A stretch of 64,000 bases of DNA from NCBI GenBank assembly GCA_011049115.1, contig DSCM01000133.1:6849-70848 (forward strand), read 5' to 3'. The translations under genes were made by a program, and so were the position numbers. Below, piece by piece: positions 9,352 to 18,812 of the stretch. The stretch comes from Pseudomonadota bacterium. Its GTDB lineage: Bacteria > Desulfobacterota > Anaeroferrophillalia > Anaeroferrophillales > Tharpellaceae. The notes beneath the pieces were generated by a model that saw only the letters and a program-made list of their open reading frames with translations, was not told where the DNA came from and ran no database searches. Position 1 is the stretch's first letter; the number at the start of each line of letters is the position of its first letter.

Positions 9352-10431
9352 TCAAGTTCCTTTAAGATAACTCGCGTAGGCCGCATGAATCCCTTCCTTA
9401 AGTGTAAACCGCGGCCGCCAGCCGAAACCATGCAGACGACTGGAATCCAGCAACTTGCGCGGCATGCCGTCCGGATGGGTGGCGTCAAAAACAATCCCCC
9501 CGGTATAACCGACGATTTCCCGAACAATTTCCGCCAGTTCGCGAATAGAATGCTCAACCCCACTGCCGATGTTAAGCAGTTCTCGTGCTTCATACTCGTT
9601 CATCACAAAGAGCAGGGCCGAGGCCAGATCATCAACATATAAAAATTCCCGCCGCGGCTGCCCGCTACCCCAGAGCTCGACCGCCGTCGTCTTGGCAAGC
9701 GGCGCGTTGCCGACGGCGTCCCCCTCTCGAAAAGGGAGCCTGCGCCCATGCGCCGCGGCGATGCGCCGCAGATTGGCATAGAAAGCATCGGGAATCACCC
9801 CATATCGCCTTTCATCCGCCGCCAGGGCTGCGGCATTGCCGGCCGCCGCCAACTTCGCAAGATGAAACTTACGGATCAGGGCCGGTAAAACATGGGAACT
9901 CAAAAGATCGTAATTATCGTTGGGACCATACAGATTGGTCGGCATCACGGGGACGAAATTGGTTCCGTACTGCTGGTTAAAAGAGTTGCACATCTCTATG
10001 CCGGCAATCTTGGCGACCGCATAGGCGGAATTGGTCGGTTCCAGAGGACCGTTGAGCAGATATTCCTCTCGGATCGGCTGGGCCGCCAGACGCGGATAAA
10101 TACAGGAGCTGCCCAAAAAAATCAGTTTTTTGACCTGGTTGAGCGCCGCCGCCCGCAGCACATTGGTCTGAATCATCAGATTTTCGTAGATGAAATCAGC
10201 CGACTGGGTCAGGTTGGCATAGATTCCACCCACCTTGGCCGCGGCCAGAAAAACATAATCGGGTTTTTCCCGGGCGAAAAAAGTCTCCACCGCCGGCTGC
10301 CGGGTCAGGTCGAGCTCAGTCCGGGAAGGCAGCAGAAGGTTGTCGTAGCCCTCCCGCCGCAGGCCCGCGACCAGAGCCGAGCCCACCAGACCGCGATGTC
10401 CGGCGACATAGATCTTATCGTTTTTTTGCAT
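9352..10431 (-). CDS. fcl: GDP-L-fucose synthase
   Basis: AGHRGLVGSA, LAAAKVGGI, LGSSCIYP, YAVAKIAG, MPTNLYGPNDN, WGSGQPRREFLYVDD. Confidence 0.92.
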   Translation of the reverse strand: MQKNDKIYVAGHRGLVGSALVAGLRREGYDNLLLPSRTELDLTRQPAVETFFAREKPDYVFLAAAKVGGIYANLTQSADFIYENLMIQTNVLRAAALNQVKKLIFLGSSCIYPRLAAQPIREEYLLNGPLEPTNSAYAVAKIAGIEMCNSFNQQYGTNFVPVMPTNLYGPNDNYDLLSSHVLPALIRKFHLAKLAAAGNAAALAADERRYGVIPDAFYANLRRIAAAHGRRLPFREGDAVGNAPLAKTTAVELWGSGQPRREFLYVDDLASALLFVMNEYEARELLNIGSGVEHSIRELAEIVREIVGYTGGIVFDATHPDGMPRKLLDSSRLHGFGWRPRFTLKEGIHAAYASYLKGT

Positions 10432-10690
10432 CTTTCAATCCTCGATTTAAACTTCGCCGACAACCCTTGGCCCAGCAGGAAAGAAACCGGCTCCCCGATA
10501 AAAACCGACAGGCCTAAAACAAAGGCCAGGCAAAAGGGCCTAAACCAAGGTTATTAACCTATTGCGGCGCTGCAGACAAGTAAGAAATGATAAAAACAAC
10601 AGAACAAATCCCCACGCGAAAATTTTTCGAGCAAGAAAAAGTTCTCTGGATTTACGGCCGCTACCCTGCTATACTCAAAACTTAGGGAAC

Positions 10691-10730
10691 AAAAAAAAGG
10701 CGCCCCATCAACCAGGATGGAAACGCCTTT
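10691..10730 (-). terminator. intrinsic terminator downstream of tRNA-Phe
   Basis: Minus strand AGGCGTTTCCATC-loop-GATGGGGCGCCT followed by a T run. Confidence 0.7.
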
Positions 10731-10742
10731 AATTTGAATTGC

Positions 10743-10818
10743 TGGTGCCGGGGGACGGAATTGAACCGCCGACACGGGGATTTTCAGTCCCCTGCTCTAC
10801 CGACTGAGCTACCCCGGC
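10743..10818 (-). tRNA. tRNA-Phe (GAA)
   Basis: GCCGGGGTAGCTCAGTCGGTAGAGCAGGGGACTGAAAATCCCCGTGTCGGCGGTTCAATTCCGTCCCCCGGCACCA; 76 nt with encoded CCA. Confidence 0.97.
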
Positions 10819-10834
10819 TGACCAAGCGAGCGCC

Positions 10835-10864
10835 TAGATAGCTCAAAGAGCCGGTCTTTGTCAA
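10835..10864 (-). promoter_or_regulatory. possible tRNA-Phe promoter
   Basis: Perfect TTGACA at 10864-10859; the -10 element is only approximate (TATCTA). Confidence 0.4.
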
Positions 10865-10895
10865 GCGTATTTTTTAATCTGTGGGAGATATTTTC

Positions 10896-11252
10896 ATGGT
10901 CAGCCGTCTTGATGCGTCCCTGAACGCCGTCCACAACCATCTTCAACGTCTGCAGACCAGCACGACCAACATTGCCAATCTCAATACCGACGGCTATCAA
11001 AGCCTGCGACTGACCATCAACGAGGGTCCGACCGGGACAACGACCACGACCCTCAGTACCGAGACCACTCCCGGCCCCTTACGCCAGGAATTAAACCAGG
11101 ATGGCGGCATGGTTGAAACCCCAGGCTCCAATGTCGACCTGGCCGGAGAATATGTCAAGATCATGACCTCGACCCAAGCCGTCAAAGCCAATCTCAAGGC
11201 CGCCGCAACCGTCAGCGAGCTTCTGGGTGAGGTTATCGACACCCTGGCCTGA
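10896..11252 (+). CDS. small flagellar basal-body rod/hook-like protein (N- and C-terminal helices only)
   Basis: NIANLNTDGY and SNVDLAGEYVKIM..Q..VKANLK rod/hook motifs; GGGAGA RBS. Confidence 0.75.
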   Translation: MVSRLDASLNAVHNHLQRLQTSTTNIANLNTDGYQSLRLTINEGPTGTTTTTLSTETTPGPLRQELNQDGGMVETPGSNVDLAGEYVKIMTSTQAVKANLKAAATVSELLGEVIDTLA

Positions 11253-11332
11253 ACCGCGAACGCACGACAAGCAGACCGCCGAAACCTTTAGTGATTATCG
11301 ATTATCCGCCCGCCTGGGTTTAAACCCGCCGG

Positions 11333-12109
11333 CTATTTTTTTTGCCGGCCCTTGATTCTGCCGACCAGTCGCAACAGACCGTCCAGAATCGTCAGTGGAT
11401 GCGGCGGACAGCCGGGAATATACAGATCAACCGGCAAGAGGAAACCGGCGCCGTCATTAACCTGCTCATGCCCCCGGTAAGGCCCCCCACCAATCGCGCA
11501 GGCCCCGACCACAATCACGATTTTCGGCTCCGGCACCGCCTCCCAGGTTTTTTTCAGGGCCAGTTCCATGTTTTTCGTAACGGGGCCGGTAATCAGAAGG
11601 CCGTCGGCATGCCGGGGAGAGGCCACGAACTGAATCCCAAAACGCCCCAAATCCCAACCGATCGTACATAACACGTTCACATCCGCTTCGCAGGCGTTAC
11701 AACCACCCGCACTGACCTGGCGCAGTTTCAGGGAGCGGCCGAAAAGCTTTTTCAGACGCCGATCCAGCTCGGTCGCCAACCGGATTTCCATCTGTTCAGC
11801 CGTGACCTGCAAATCCTCGCGCCGACGAACCGCGAGTCGGTAATCCTCGGAAAAAGAGATGGCTTCCCGAGGACAGGCCGTCATGCAATCGGTGCAGAAA
11901 AGACATTTGCCCATATCCAGGCTTTTGTTTTCGACGTCGATCGCTCCCACCGGACAAACCTCCGCACAAATCCGACAGCCGGCCTCACATTTATCCAGGG
12001 CAAACAATAGGCGTCCGCGAAAATGCGGCGGCAGCAGCGGAGGCTTCCCTTCCGGAAACTTGATGGTACGATAGCCCTGTTTGAAACGGGAGACGAATTC
12101 CTGATACAT
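11333..12109 (-). CDS. Ehr small subunit: 2x[4Fe-4S] ferredoxin (NuoI/HyfH-like) fused to NuoB/HyfI-like domain
   Basis: CEAGCRICAEVCP, CLFCTDCMTACP, SAGGCNACE, SPRHADGLL, GACAIGG, PGCPPHP. Confidence 0.9.
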   Translation of the reverse strand: MYQEFVSRFKQGYRTIKFPEGKPPLLPPHFRGRLLFALDKCEAGCRICAEVCPVGAIDVENKSLDMGKCLFCTDCMTACPREAISFSEDYRLAVRRREDLQVTAEQMEIRLATELDRRLKKLFGRSLKLRQVSAGGCNACEADVNVLCTIGWDLGRFGIQFVASPRHADGLLITGPVTKNMELALKKTWEAVPEPKIVIVVGACAIGGGPYRGHEQVNDGAGFLLPVDLYIPGCPPHPLTILDGLLRLVGRIKGRQKK

Positions 12110-12127
12110 GTTTATATCCTTAAACTT

Positions 12128-13660
12128 TTAAAGATCATGCCCACAATAGGAAAGATTGAAACTCTTGTTGCACAAGGGAAAATCGGAAATTTCCTGCCGC
12201 CGCAAAACCTGAGCCAGAGCAAACCAGTTGTGAAAAGATGGATCGACGATCTTGTAGCGGGCGAAACTGCCGCCCGCATCGGTGATGCCGACATGGCAAA
12301 TTTCACCCCGCCAGCCTTCGCAGAGGGCCACCGCCAGGGAATCGGCCTGCAGCGGAGCGGAAGTAACCCTCACCTTGCCGGAGGGCAAATGTTTCAACTG
12401 TTCCTCGATAAAAGCAAGGGACTGCTGAATTTCCAGCCACCGAACATAGGCCCGCCCCAGAACATCCCCTGAGTCATAAGTGGAAATCGGAATCTGCGCG
12501 AAACGATAAATCCCCGTGGGATGGTCGTAGCGCACATCCCGCGGCAGACCACAGGCGCGCGCCGCCGGCCCGACAATTCCCAGGGCGACGGCGGTCTCCC
12601 GGGCCAGACGACCGGTGTCCTCAAAACGGGCCATCACCGACTGATTCTCCCATAAAAGATTAATCGCCTCGCTCGATTCCTTTTTCAGAATGCGCAGCCG
12701 GCGCAGTAATTCCTCGATCCCACTCTGGTCGACATCAAACCCCACTCCGCCCGGTTGAATCAGCCCCCGCCCGAAACGATTGCCGCAAAGATAGGCGGTC
12801 AGGTTTAAAAACTCACCCCGAATGCGACCGCAATAACTTGCGGTCGGCAAAAAACCGACATCTCCCGACAAGGCGCCGAGATCGCCCACATGATTGGCCA
12901 GCCGCTCAAATTCCAGAGCAATGCCCCGCAGGGCCTGGGCGCGCACCGGTTTTTGTATATGGGCAAAACCTTCAAACACCTGACAATAAGCCAGGCTGTG
13001 ACCGATCGTGGTATCGCCGGCCAGGGTTTCCATAAAATGCAGGGTTCTGGCATTCGGTCCACCGGGCAGAGCTTCTTCCACCCCACGATGCTGATAGCCC
13101 AGCGCGATCTCCAGATGAAAAACCTCTTCCCCATGACATTGAAAACGAAAATGCCCCGGTTCAATAACGCCGGCATGAACCGGACCGACCGCCACCTCAT
13201 GAACCTGGTCCCCGGCAATCCGGTAAAAATCACCGACCGCCGGCAATATCGGTTCACCCGCCGGCCGCTCCCAGGCATCCCGGCCCGTCCAGGATGGGCG
13301 GTAACGCACCGGCTTAAACCAGGGATGAGACCGGGCTTTGAGGCCGAACTGCTCGGCAATTTCCCGCTCAAAGAGCTGAACCTGGTGACAGTTCGAAGCC
13401 AGGGAGGGAAAACTCGTTTCCGTCACCTCGCTACGGCCGACATAGAGATGATTATCCTCATCATCGGCCAGGACAACGTACAGAATCGTGTTTGCTTCCG
13501 ACGGCGAAGGCGCAGCGAACAGGGCGCTCACCCTTTGGCCCCGCTCAACCGCGGCGCTGATGGTCTGCATAAAATCATCAACCGCCAAACCAGGGATATC
13601 CTTCAGAGAAACAACCCCACCGTTGGCGATGGTCGCAAGTTTGGTCGACATGGGCATCAT
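12128..13660 (-). CDS. Ehr large subunit (NuoC/D, HycE/HyfG-like) without NiFe-binding motifs
   Basis: FEREIAE, VGPVHAGVIEPGHFRF, GYQHRGVE, EGWRGE. ETLAGD replaces RxCGxC and NKSFNLSYCGHDL replaces DPCxxC. Confidence 0.9.
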   Translation of the reverse strand: MMPMSTKLATIANGGVVSLKDIPGLAVDDFMQTISAAVERGQRVSALFAAPSPSEANTILYVVLADDEDNHLYVGRSEVTETSFPSLASNCHQVQLFEREIAEQFGLKARSHPWFKPVRYRPSWTGRDAWERPAGEPILPAVGDFYRIAGDQVHEVAVGPVHAGVIEPGHFRFQCHGEEVFHLEIALGYQHRGVEEALPGGPNARTLHFMETLAGDTTIGHSLAYCQVFEGFAHIQKPVRAQALRGIALEFERLANHVGDLGALSGDVGFLPTASYCGRIRGEFLNLTAYLCGNRFGRGLIQPGGVGFDVDQSGIEELLRRLRILKKESSEAINLLWENQSVMARFEDTGRLARETAVALGIVGPAARACGLPRDVRYDHPTGIYRFAQIPISTYDSGDVLGRAYVRWLEIQQSLAFIEEQLKHLPSGKVRVTSAPLQADSLAVALCEGWRGEICHVGITDAGGSFARYKIVDPSFHNWFALAQVLRRQEISDFPLCNKSFNLSYCGHDL

Positions 13661-15090
13661 CCTCGATTCTCCAGAAAGCTGACGGCGTTATTGAGCATGG
13701 ATTGCAGAAATTCCGGAATGTACAGGCCCAGCAGCAAGACGATTGCCATAAAAGCCAACACCGGCGCCGCCGTCAGGAAAACATCCCGGTAACCGGAGCC
13801 GATCACATCCGTGGGAACTCGACCCTGCACCACGCGTAAAACCGTGATCCCCATGCCGATAAAGACCAGGAACAGAAATACCAGGAAGAGCCCTCCGGCC
13901 CAGAAACGCCCGGTGCTGAAAGCGGCGTCAAGAATCGAGAATTCACTGATAAAGGGAGCGAAGGGAGGCGATCCGGTAATCGCCAGGAAACCGGCCAGAA
14001 ACAAAGCCCCAGATAACGGCAGACGCCGGAGAGCGCCGCACACCTGATCGGTATTCTTGCTCGCGTAAGCCCGGTGAATATTGCCGGCCGAAAGAAACAA
14101 GACCCCCTTGGTCATGGCATTATTGATCATATGCAGCAGGGTTCCGAACAGGGCCGGGCCGCCGATTCCCAGGCCCAGAACCAGGATCCCCATATGCTCG
14201 ACGCTGGAATAGGCCAGCATGCGTTTGAAATCACGCTGGCTGAGCATGAAAATACCGGCGACCGCCATGGAAAACAGGCCCATGAAAACCAGCAGTTTCG
14301 CCATAAATTGCTGTTCCCCCGCGGCAAGACCGATCTGATAGATCCGCAGCAAAGCGAGAAAGGCGCCGCTGGTAATCCCGCCGGCAAAGATACAACCGAC
14401 CACGCCGGAAGCTTCACCATAGGCATCGGGTTTCCAGGTGTGCATGGGAGCCAGCCCCATCTTCGTCCCATAACCAACCAGAATCAGGATGAACGCGGCT
14501 CGCAACCAGGGTTTCGCCAAGCCCGGTCCGTTCTCAAGCAGCTCGGTAAAACCCAGAGTCGCTTCCATTCCTCCCTGCAGGGAGGAATAGGCCAGGAAAA
14601 AGGTTCCCAACAGGGCCAGCGCGATACCCACGGATCCGACCAGCAGATATTTCCAGGTGGCTTCGATACTGCGCGGGGTATGATTGAAATAGATCAGGGG
14701 AGCCGTAACCAGGGTGGTGCCCTCGATCGCCACCCATAAGAGTCCGAGATGGTGAGCCCAGGCAACCAGGGTTATCAGCCCGAGAAAAGCCAGCAGACAA
14801 GCAACAAAGATGCGATTGGGCCGTTCCTGTCTGAATTTAAGATAGCCCACCGTGTAAAAAGACGAGAACAGATACAGCAGGGTTATGGTCAGCAGAATGA
14901 TCGCTCCGACCGGATCCAGCACGAGCCAGGGCGTCCGGCTTCCCCACTGAGGGAAAATAAGCACCAAAACAGTACCGGCGGTATGCGCCAAGGCCGTCAC
15001 CGGCATGAGCCAGGGACGCCAGTAATTACTGGTCACCACCATGGCCAAAGCGGCCATGGCCAGAGGTAACAGAATCAGGGCCAGGGCCAT
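13657..15090 (-). CDS. HyfF-like antiporter-type (NuoM/N/L family) membrane subunit
   Basis: WVAIEGTTL, EATWKY, GYGTKMGLAPMHTWKPDAY, KRMLAYSSVEHMG; ATG at 15090 after AAGGAG. Confidence 0.88.
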   Translation of the reverse strand: MALALILLPLAMAALAMVVTSNYWRPWLMPVTALAHTAGTVLVLIFPQWGSRTPWLVLDPVGAIILLTITLLYLFSSFYTVGYLKFRQERPNRIFVACLLAFLGLITLVAWAHHLGLLWVAIEGTTLVTAPLIYFNHTPRSIEATWKYLLVGSVGIALALLGTFFLAYSSLQGGMEATLGFTELLENGPGLAKPWLRAAFILILVGYGTKMGLAPMHTWKPDAYGEASGVVGCIFAGGITSGAFLALLRIYQIGLAAGEQQFMAKLLVFMGLFSMAVAGIFMLSQRDFKRMLAYSSVEHMGILVLGLGIGGPALFGTLLHMINNAMTKGVLFLSAGNIHRAYASKNTDQVCGALRRLPLSGALFLAGFLAITGSPPFAPFISEFSILDAAFSTGRFWAGGLFLVFLFLVFIGMGITVLRVVQGRVPTDVIGSGYRDVFLTAAPVLAFMAIVLLLGLYIPEFLQSMLNNAVSFLENRG

Positions 15091-15094
15091 GAAA

Positions 15095-15733
15095 TTACTC
15101 CTTAAGAGAAGAAAGATGGCGCGTATCCAAAGAGGAAAACGTGCGATTGATTTGGTTGGTAATGATTGAAACAATGAAAATACTGACAAAAAGGTCGAGC
15201 AGCATCCCCATTTCCACGACCAGTGGAATCGCCTCCATCAGCAGCAGGCTGAACATATAGATGCCGTTTTCCAGCACCAGATAACCCAGCACCTGAGTCA
15301 ATGATTTCAGCCTGGTCGTCAACAGAATAAACCCCACCAGGACGACCGTGATCGCGGTTGGAATAATAAGCGACTCAGACTGTCCCGGCACCTGCCCGCG
15401 CCCGCAGATCAGAAATACCGCCGCCGTCACCAGGGCGCCGATGATCGTCGACGGCAGCAAACCGATAATGGGTTCAACTTCCCGTTTGATCTGCACATCG
15501 CGCAGAGCTTTGATCATAATTGCGGGAATAACGATCCCCTTCAGGGAAATGGCCGCCAGTGAAGCCAGAATTGTGGCAAAGGAGAGATGCGAATGGATGA
15601 ACAGAGGTAAAAACCCCATCAGCACCCCCTGTAAAGCCACGATGCGAATCACCGAAATGATGCTCGCGTTGCCGAGGGCAAAAAGATTAAGCGCCAGAAT
15701 GAGCATGAAAATCGCATTCATTAACTGATCCAT
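15095..15733 (-). CDS. HyfE-like membrane subunit
   Basis: Very hydrophobic; QVLGYLVLENGI and VEMGMLLD motifs; position in operon. Confidence 0.85.
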   Translation of the reverse strand: MDQLMNAIFMLILALNLFALGNASIISVIRIVALQGVLMGFLPLFIHSHLSFATILASLAAISLKGIVIPAIMIKALRDVQIKREVEPIIGLLPSTIIGALVTAAVFLICGRGQVPGQSESLIIPTAITVVLVGFILLTTRLKSLTQVLGYLVLENGIYMFSLLLMEAIPLVVEMGMLLDLFVSIFIVSIITNQINRTFSSLDTRHLSSLKE

Positions 15734-15737
15734 CAAA

Positions 15738-16649
15738 TCACCTCAACAAAACCACAAAGGCCGAACCGCATAAAAGAACGGAGACGATCAATAAGGACGG
15801 CACTCTCGACATCCGCAGGCGGGCCATGATCGATTCGATAACCCCGACCGAAACCGCAAGCCCAAGCAAACCGGTGATAAAGATCAGCCAGTCCAGCCAG
15901 ATTTTTCCGGAAGCTGCCGGCAGCACGAGATTAAGAAAAACGGAACCGAGAACCATGAACTTTAACGACGAGGCATATTCAATCAGGCCCAGCAGAGGCC
16001 CACTGTGATCAAGCACCATAACTTCATGGATCATGGTCAATTCAAGATGGGTATTGGGGTCATCCACCGGAATACGGCTGTTCTCGGCCAGGAAGACAAT
16101 ATAAAAACCCAGGGCGATCATGACGATTGAAGCCGCACTGCCCCGATGAAAAAGAGAAACCTCTGGATCGTGCAGCATGCCGGCAAGAGAAAGTGAGCCG
16201 GAAAGTTTGGCCAGCACCAAAAAAGCAAAAAACATCGCGGGCTCGGTCAGGACCGCGAACGTCACCTCACGGGAAGCCCCCATACCTTCAAAGGCTGAAC
16301 CGGTATCCAGGGCGGCGGCGGTCGTAAAAAACCGGGCCAGGCCGAAAAGGTAGGCAAACAGGAGAAAATCCCCGGTAAAGGAGACCAGGGCCGGAGAACT
16401 GCCGAGCGGAATCAGGACGGCGGCGGCCAGCACCGCGATCAGCGTGATAATCGGGCCGGCCTGAAAAACCCAGGTGGTGGTTCCGCTCAGAACCAAACCC
16501 TTACGCATAAGCTTGAAAAGATCATAGTAAAACTGAAAAAAAGGAGCGCCTTTACGTCCGGCCAAAAAAGCTTTAGTTTTATTGACCACTCCCAGTAAAA
16601 TTGGCGGTAAAACCAACAAGAGAAACAGATGCACCGGCAGATTGATCAT
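15738..16649 (-). CDS. HyfC/HycD (NuoH-like) membrane subunit
   Basis: GRKGAPFFQFYYDLFKL, ALDTGSAFEGMGASRE, AENSRIPVDDPNTHLELTMIHE. Confidence 0.9.
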   Translation of the reverse strand: MINLPVHLFLLLVLPPILLGVVNKTKAFLAGRKGAPFFQFYYDLFKLMRKGLVLSGTTTWVFQAGPIITLIAVLAAAVLIPLGSSPALVSFTGDFLLFAYLFGLARFFTTAAALDTGSAFEGMGASREVTFAVLTEPAMFFAFLVLAKLSGSLSLAGMLHDPEVSLFHRGSAASIVMIALGFYIVFLAENSRIPVDDPNTHLELTMIHEVMVLDHSGPLLGLIEYASSLKFMVLGSVFLNLVLPAASGKIWLDWLIFITGLLGLAVSVGVIESIMARLRMSRVPSLLIVSVLLCGSAFVVLLR

Positions 16650-18644
16650 AAACCACCTCCCACGCCGCCGAAGATAAAGAGGCCCAAAGTCATCAACAGG
16701 ACGTAGAGAACATAGATATGCGTCCAGCCATGCTGAAGGATGTAGATCTTGGGCACAACTCGACTTGCCATTTTAAATGCCGGCAAAACCAGTCTGTCCA
16801 AGACGGTGTCCGGCATGACTTCCTGAAATTCAGTTTTTTGCGGAAAAGGTGAAAAGGTCAGCGCGGGAAAACGAATCATGGGCCATAAGACAAAACCGAA
16901 AAGTTTGCTAAGCGGCTGGGTAAACGAAGTCCCCGTGTACTGCATTTTTGCCGCAGGTTGCGAATAACCACAATCCCAGGTCGGCCCCGAGCCCACTATT
17001 TTTTTCTTCCGCGCGCGCAGATACCAGGCCCCCGCCACAAGCAAAGCGATCAAACTTATACCGTTACAAGAGGCCAGTCCTGAAGGTGAGGCCAAAAGGG
17101 CAAGCTTCTGGGCCGGATCGAGCAGGGGCATCCAGCAACGCACGGCTTTCTCAAACAAAGGCGACACCGCCATCGGCAGCAGGCCGATGAAAAAACAACC
17201 GCCCGCCAATAAAAACATAGGCGCCAGCATGCTGATTTCGGGATCATGCGCCGCCGCGGAAGCCGACGAGCGTGGAACGCCCAGGAAAATGGCGCCATAG
17301 AGTTTGACAAAGGTGACGACCGCCGCCAGAGCGCCGATCGTGGCCAGGGCCACGGCACCGGCACCCGCCAGGGCCAAACTCGCTTCCGGCGTTTTCGTCG
17401 CGAGGGTTTTAAACAAACCCAGATAAATAAACCATTCGCCGACAAAACCGTTAAGCGGCGGCAAGGCGCAGATGGCCAGTGCCCCAACCAGAAAAAGAGC
17501 CGCGCTCACCGGCATTTTTTTAGCGCCCCCCATTTGTTCGAGATCGCGAGTGTGCCCGGCATGAATAATCGCCCCGGCATTGAAAAAGAGCAGGGCCTTG
17601 AACAATCCATGATTCCAGACATGGAGCAGGGCACCACTCATTCCCAGGAGCACCAGTCCCGGGCGGGCACAGGTCCGGCCCAGCAGGGCAGCCCCACCCC
17701 CATGGTTATAATACCGACGTTTTCAATGCTGCTGTAAGCCAGCGCCCTTTTCAGATCACGTTGACTTAAAGCGAAAACAATGGCGAATAAACCACTCAGC
17801 CCCCCGGTAACCAGCAACAGGATACCCCACCAGGAAGCGCCACAGGAAAACAGACTGGAGATTCGCAGCAGGCCGTAAATACCCATTTTCAGCATTACTC
17901 CGGACATCAGGGCCGACACATGACTGGGGGCGTTGGCATGGGCTTCCGGCAGCCAAACATGCAAGGGCATGAGACCGGCCTTACAGGCGAAACCCAGAAG
18001 CACCAGAACAAAAATCAAGCCCGCGCCGAACAACGGCACCGTCGCCGGGGCCACCAGCAGGGAAAATGAACCCGTGGCCTGGTGCCAGAGAGAAAACATG
18101 GCGATCAGTAACAAGGTGCCGACATGAGTGGCGACCAGATAAATCCGCCGGCCTGCCGAACCTCGAGAAGATCATCCTCAATCGTGGCGGCAAAATAGGC
18201 CGAAACGGCCATAACCTCCCAGACCAGCAGAAAAAGAACGCCATCCCGGGCAATCACGACCAAAGCCATGCTCCCGGCCAGCAAGCCGTAGAAGATCCCC
18301 AGTTTCTTTCCATTTTCCGGATGCTCAAGCTGTTTCCAGTAGCTCAGGCTATAGACTGAACCAAGTGCGGCAATCGTGAAAATCAAGCTCAGGAAGAAAG
18401 CGCTGAGCGCAGCGACGGCCACGGTAAAGCTTCCCCAGGGCAAACACCAGGGCAAGGACAGGACCGAAACCTCGGTACCGCACCAAGACCATCCCGTACT
18501 CAGGATGCCCAACAGGCTTCCGGTCAGCAGCAGACTCACTGTCAAACGCTGCCCCGCCGTCGGTCCGAGCGGCAACAGACTCGCCGGTAAACCGCTGAAA
18601 AGCAACAACCCCAGACCCCAAAACACCAACCCAAGCCCTTCCAT
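16646..18644 (-). pseudogene. second HyfB-like antiporter subunit, interrupted by two apparent 1-nt deletions
   Basis: Three consecutive ORFs (18105-18644, 17638-18114, 16646-17653) are collinear with the intact paralog. Adding one base at ~18146 (AG[W]IYLVATH) and one at ~17689 (GL[A]LLG) gives ~666 aa. Confidence 0.85.
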
Positions 18645-18812
18645 CTTTTTTTAAACCTCTCAACAAAATCTACAGAATTAACCAACCCCATGCAGGCCGG
18701 CTGACATTTTTTCTTTTGCTTACCCCAGGCGTCTGATGACCGTAAACCAAACGCAGAAAACCGGACACATTCGCGTCCGGCATAAAGAAAGCACCTATCT
18801 GATTCTTCGCTC

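Noticed and set aside
18670..18783. 37-codon minus-strand ORF (MPDANVSGFL...WGWLIL) between the two HyfB genes
   Set aside because: Weak RBS and no recognisable motif; cannot be distinguished from chance.
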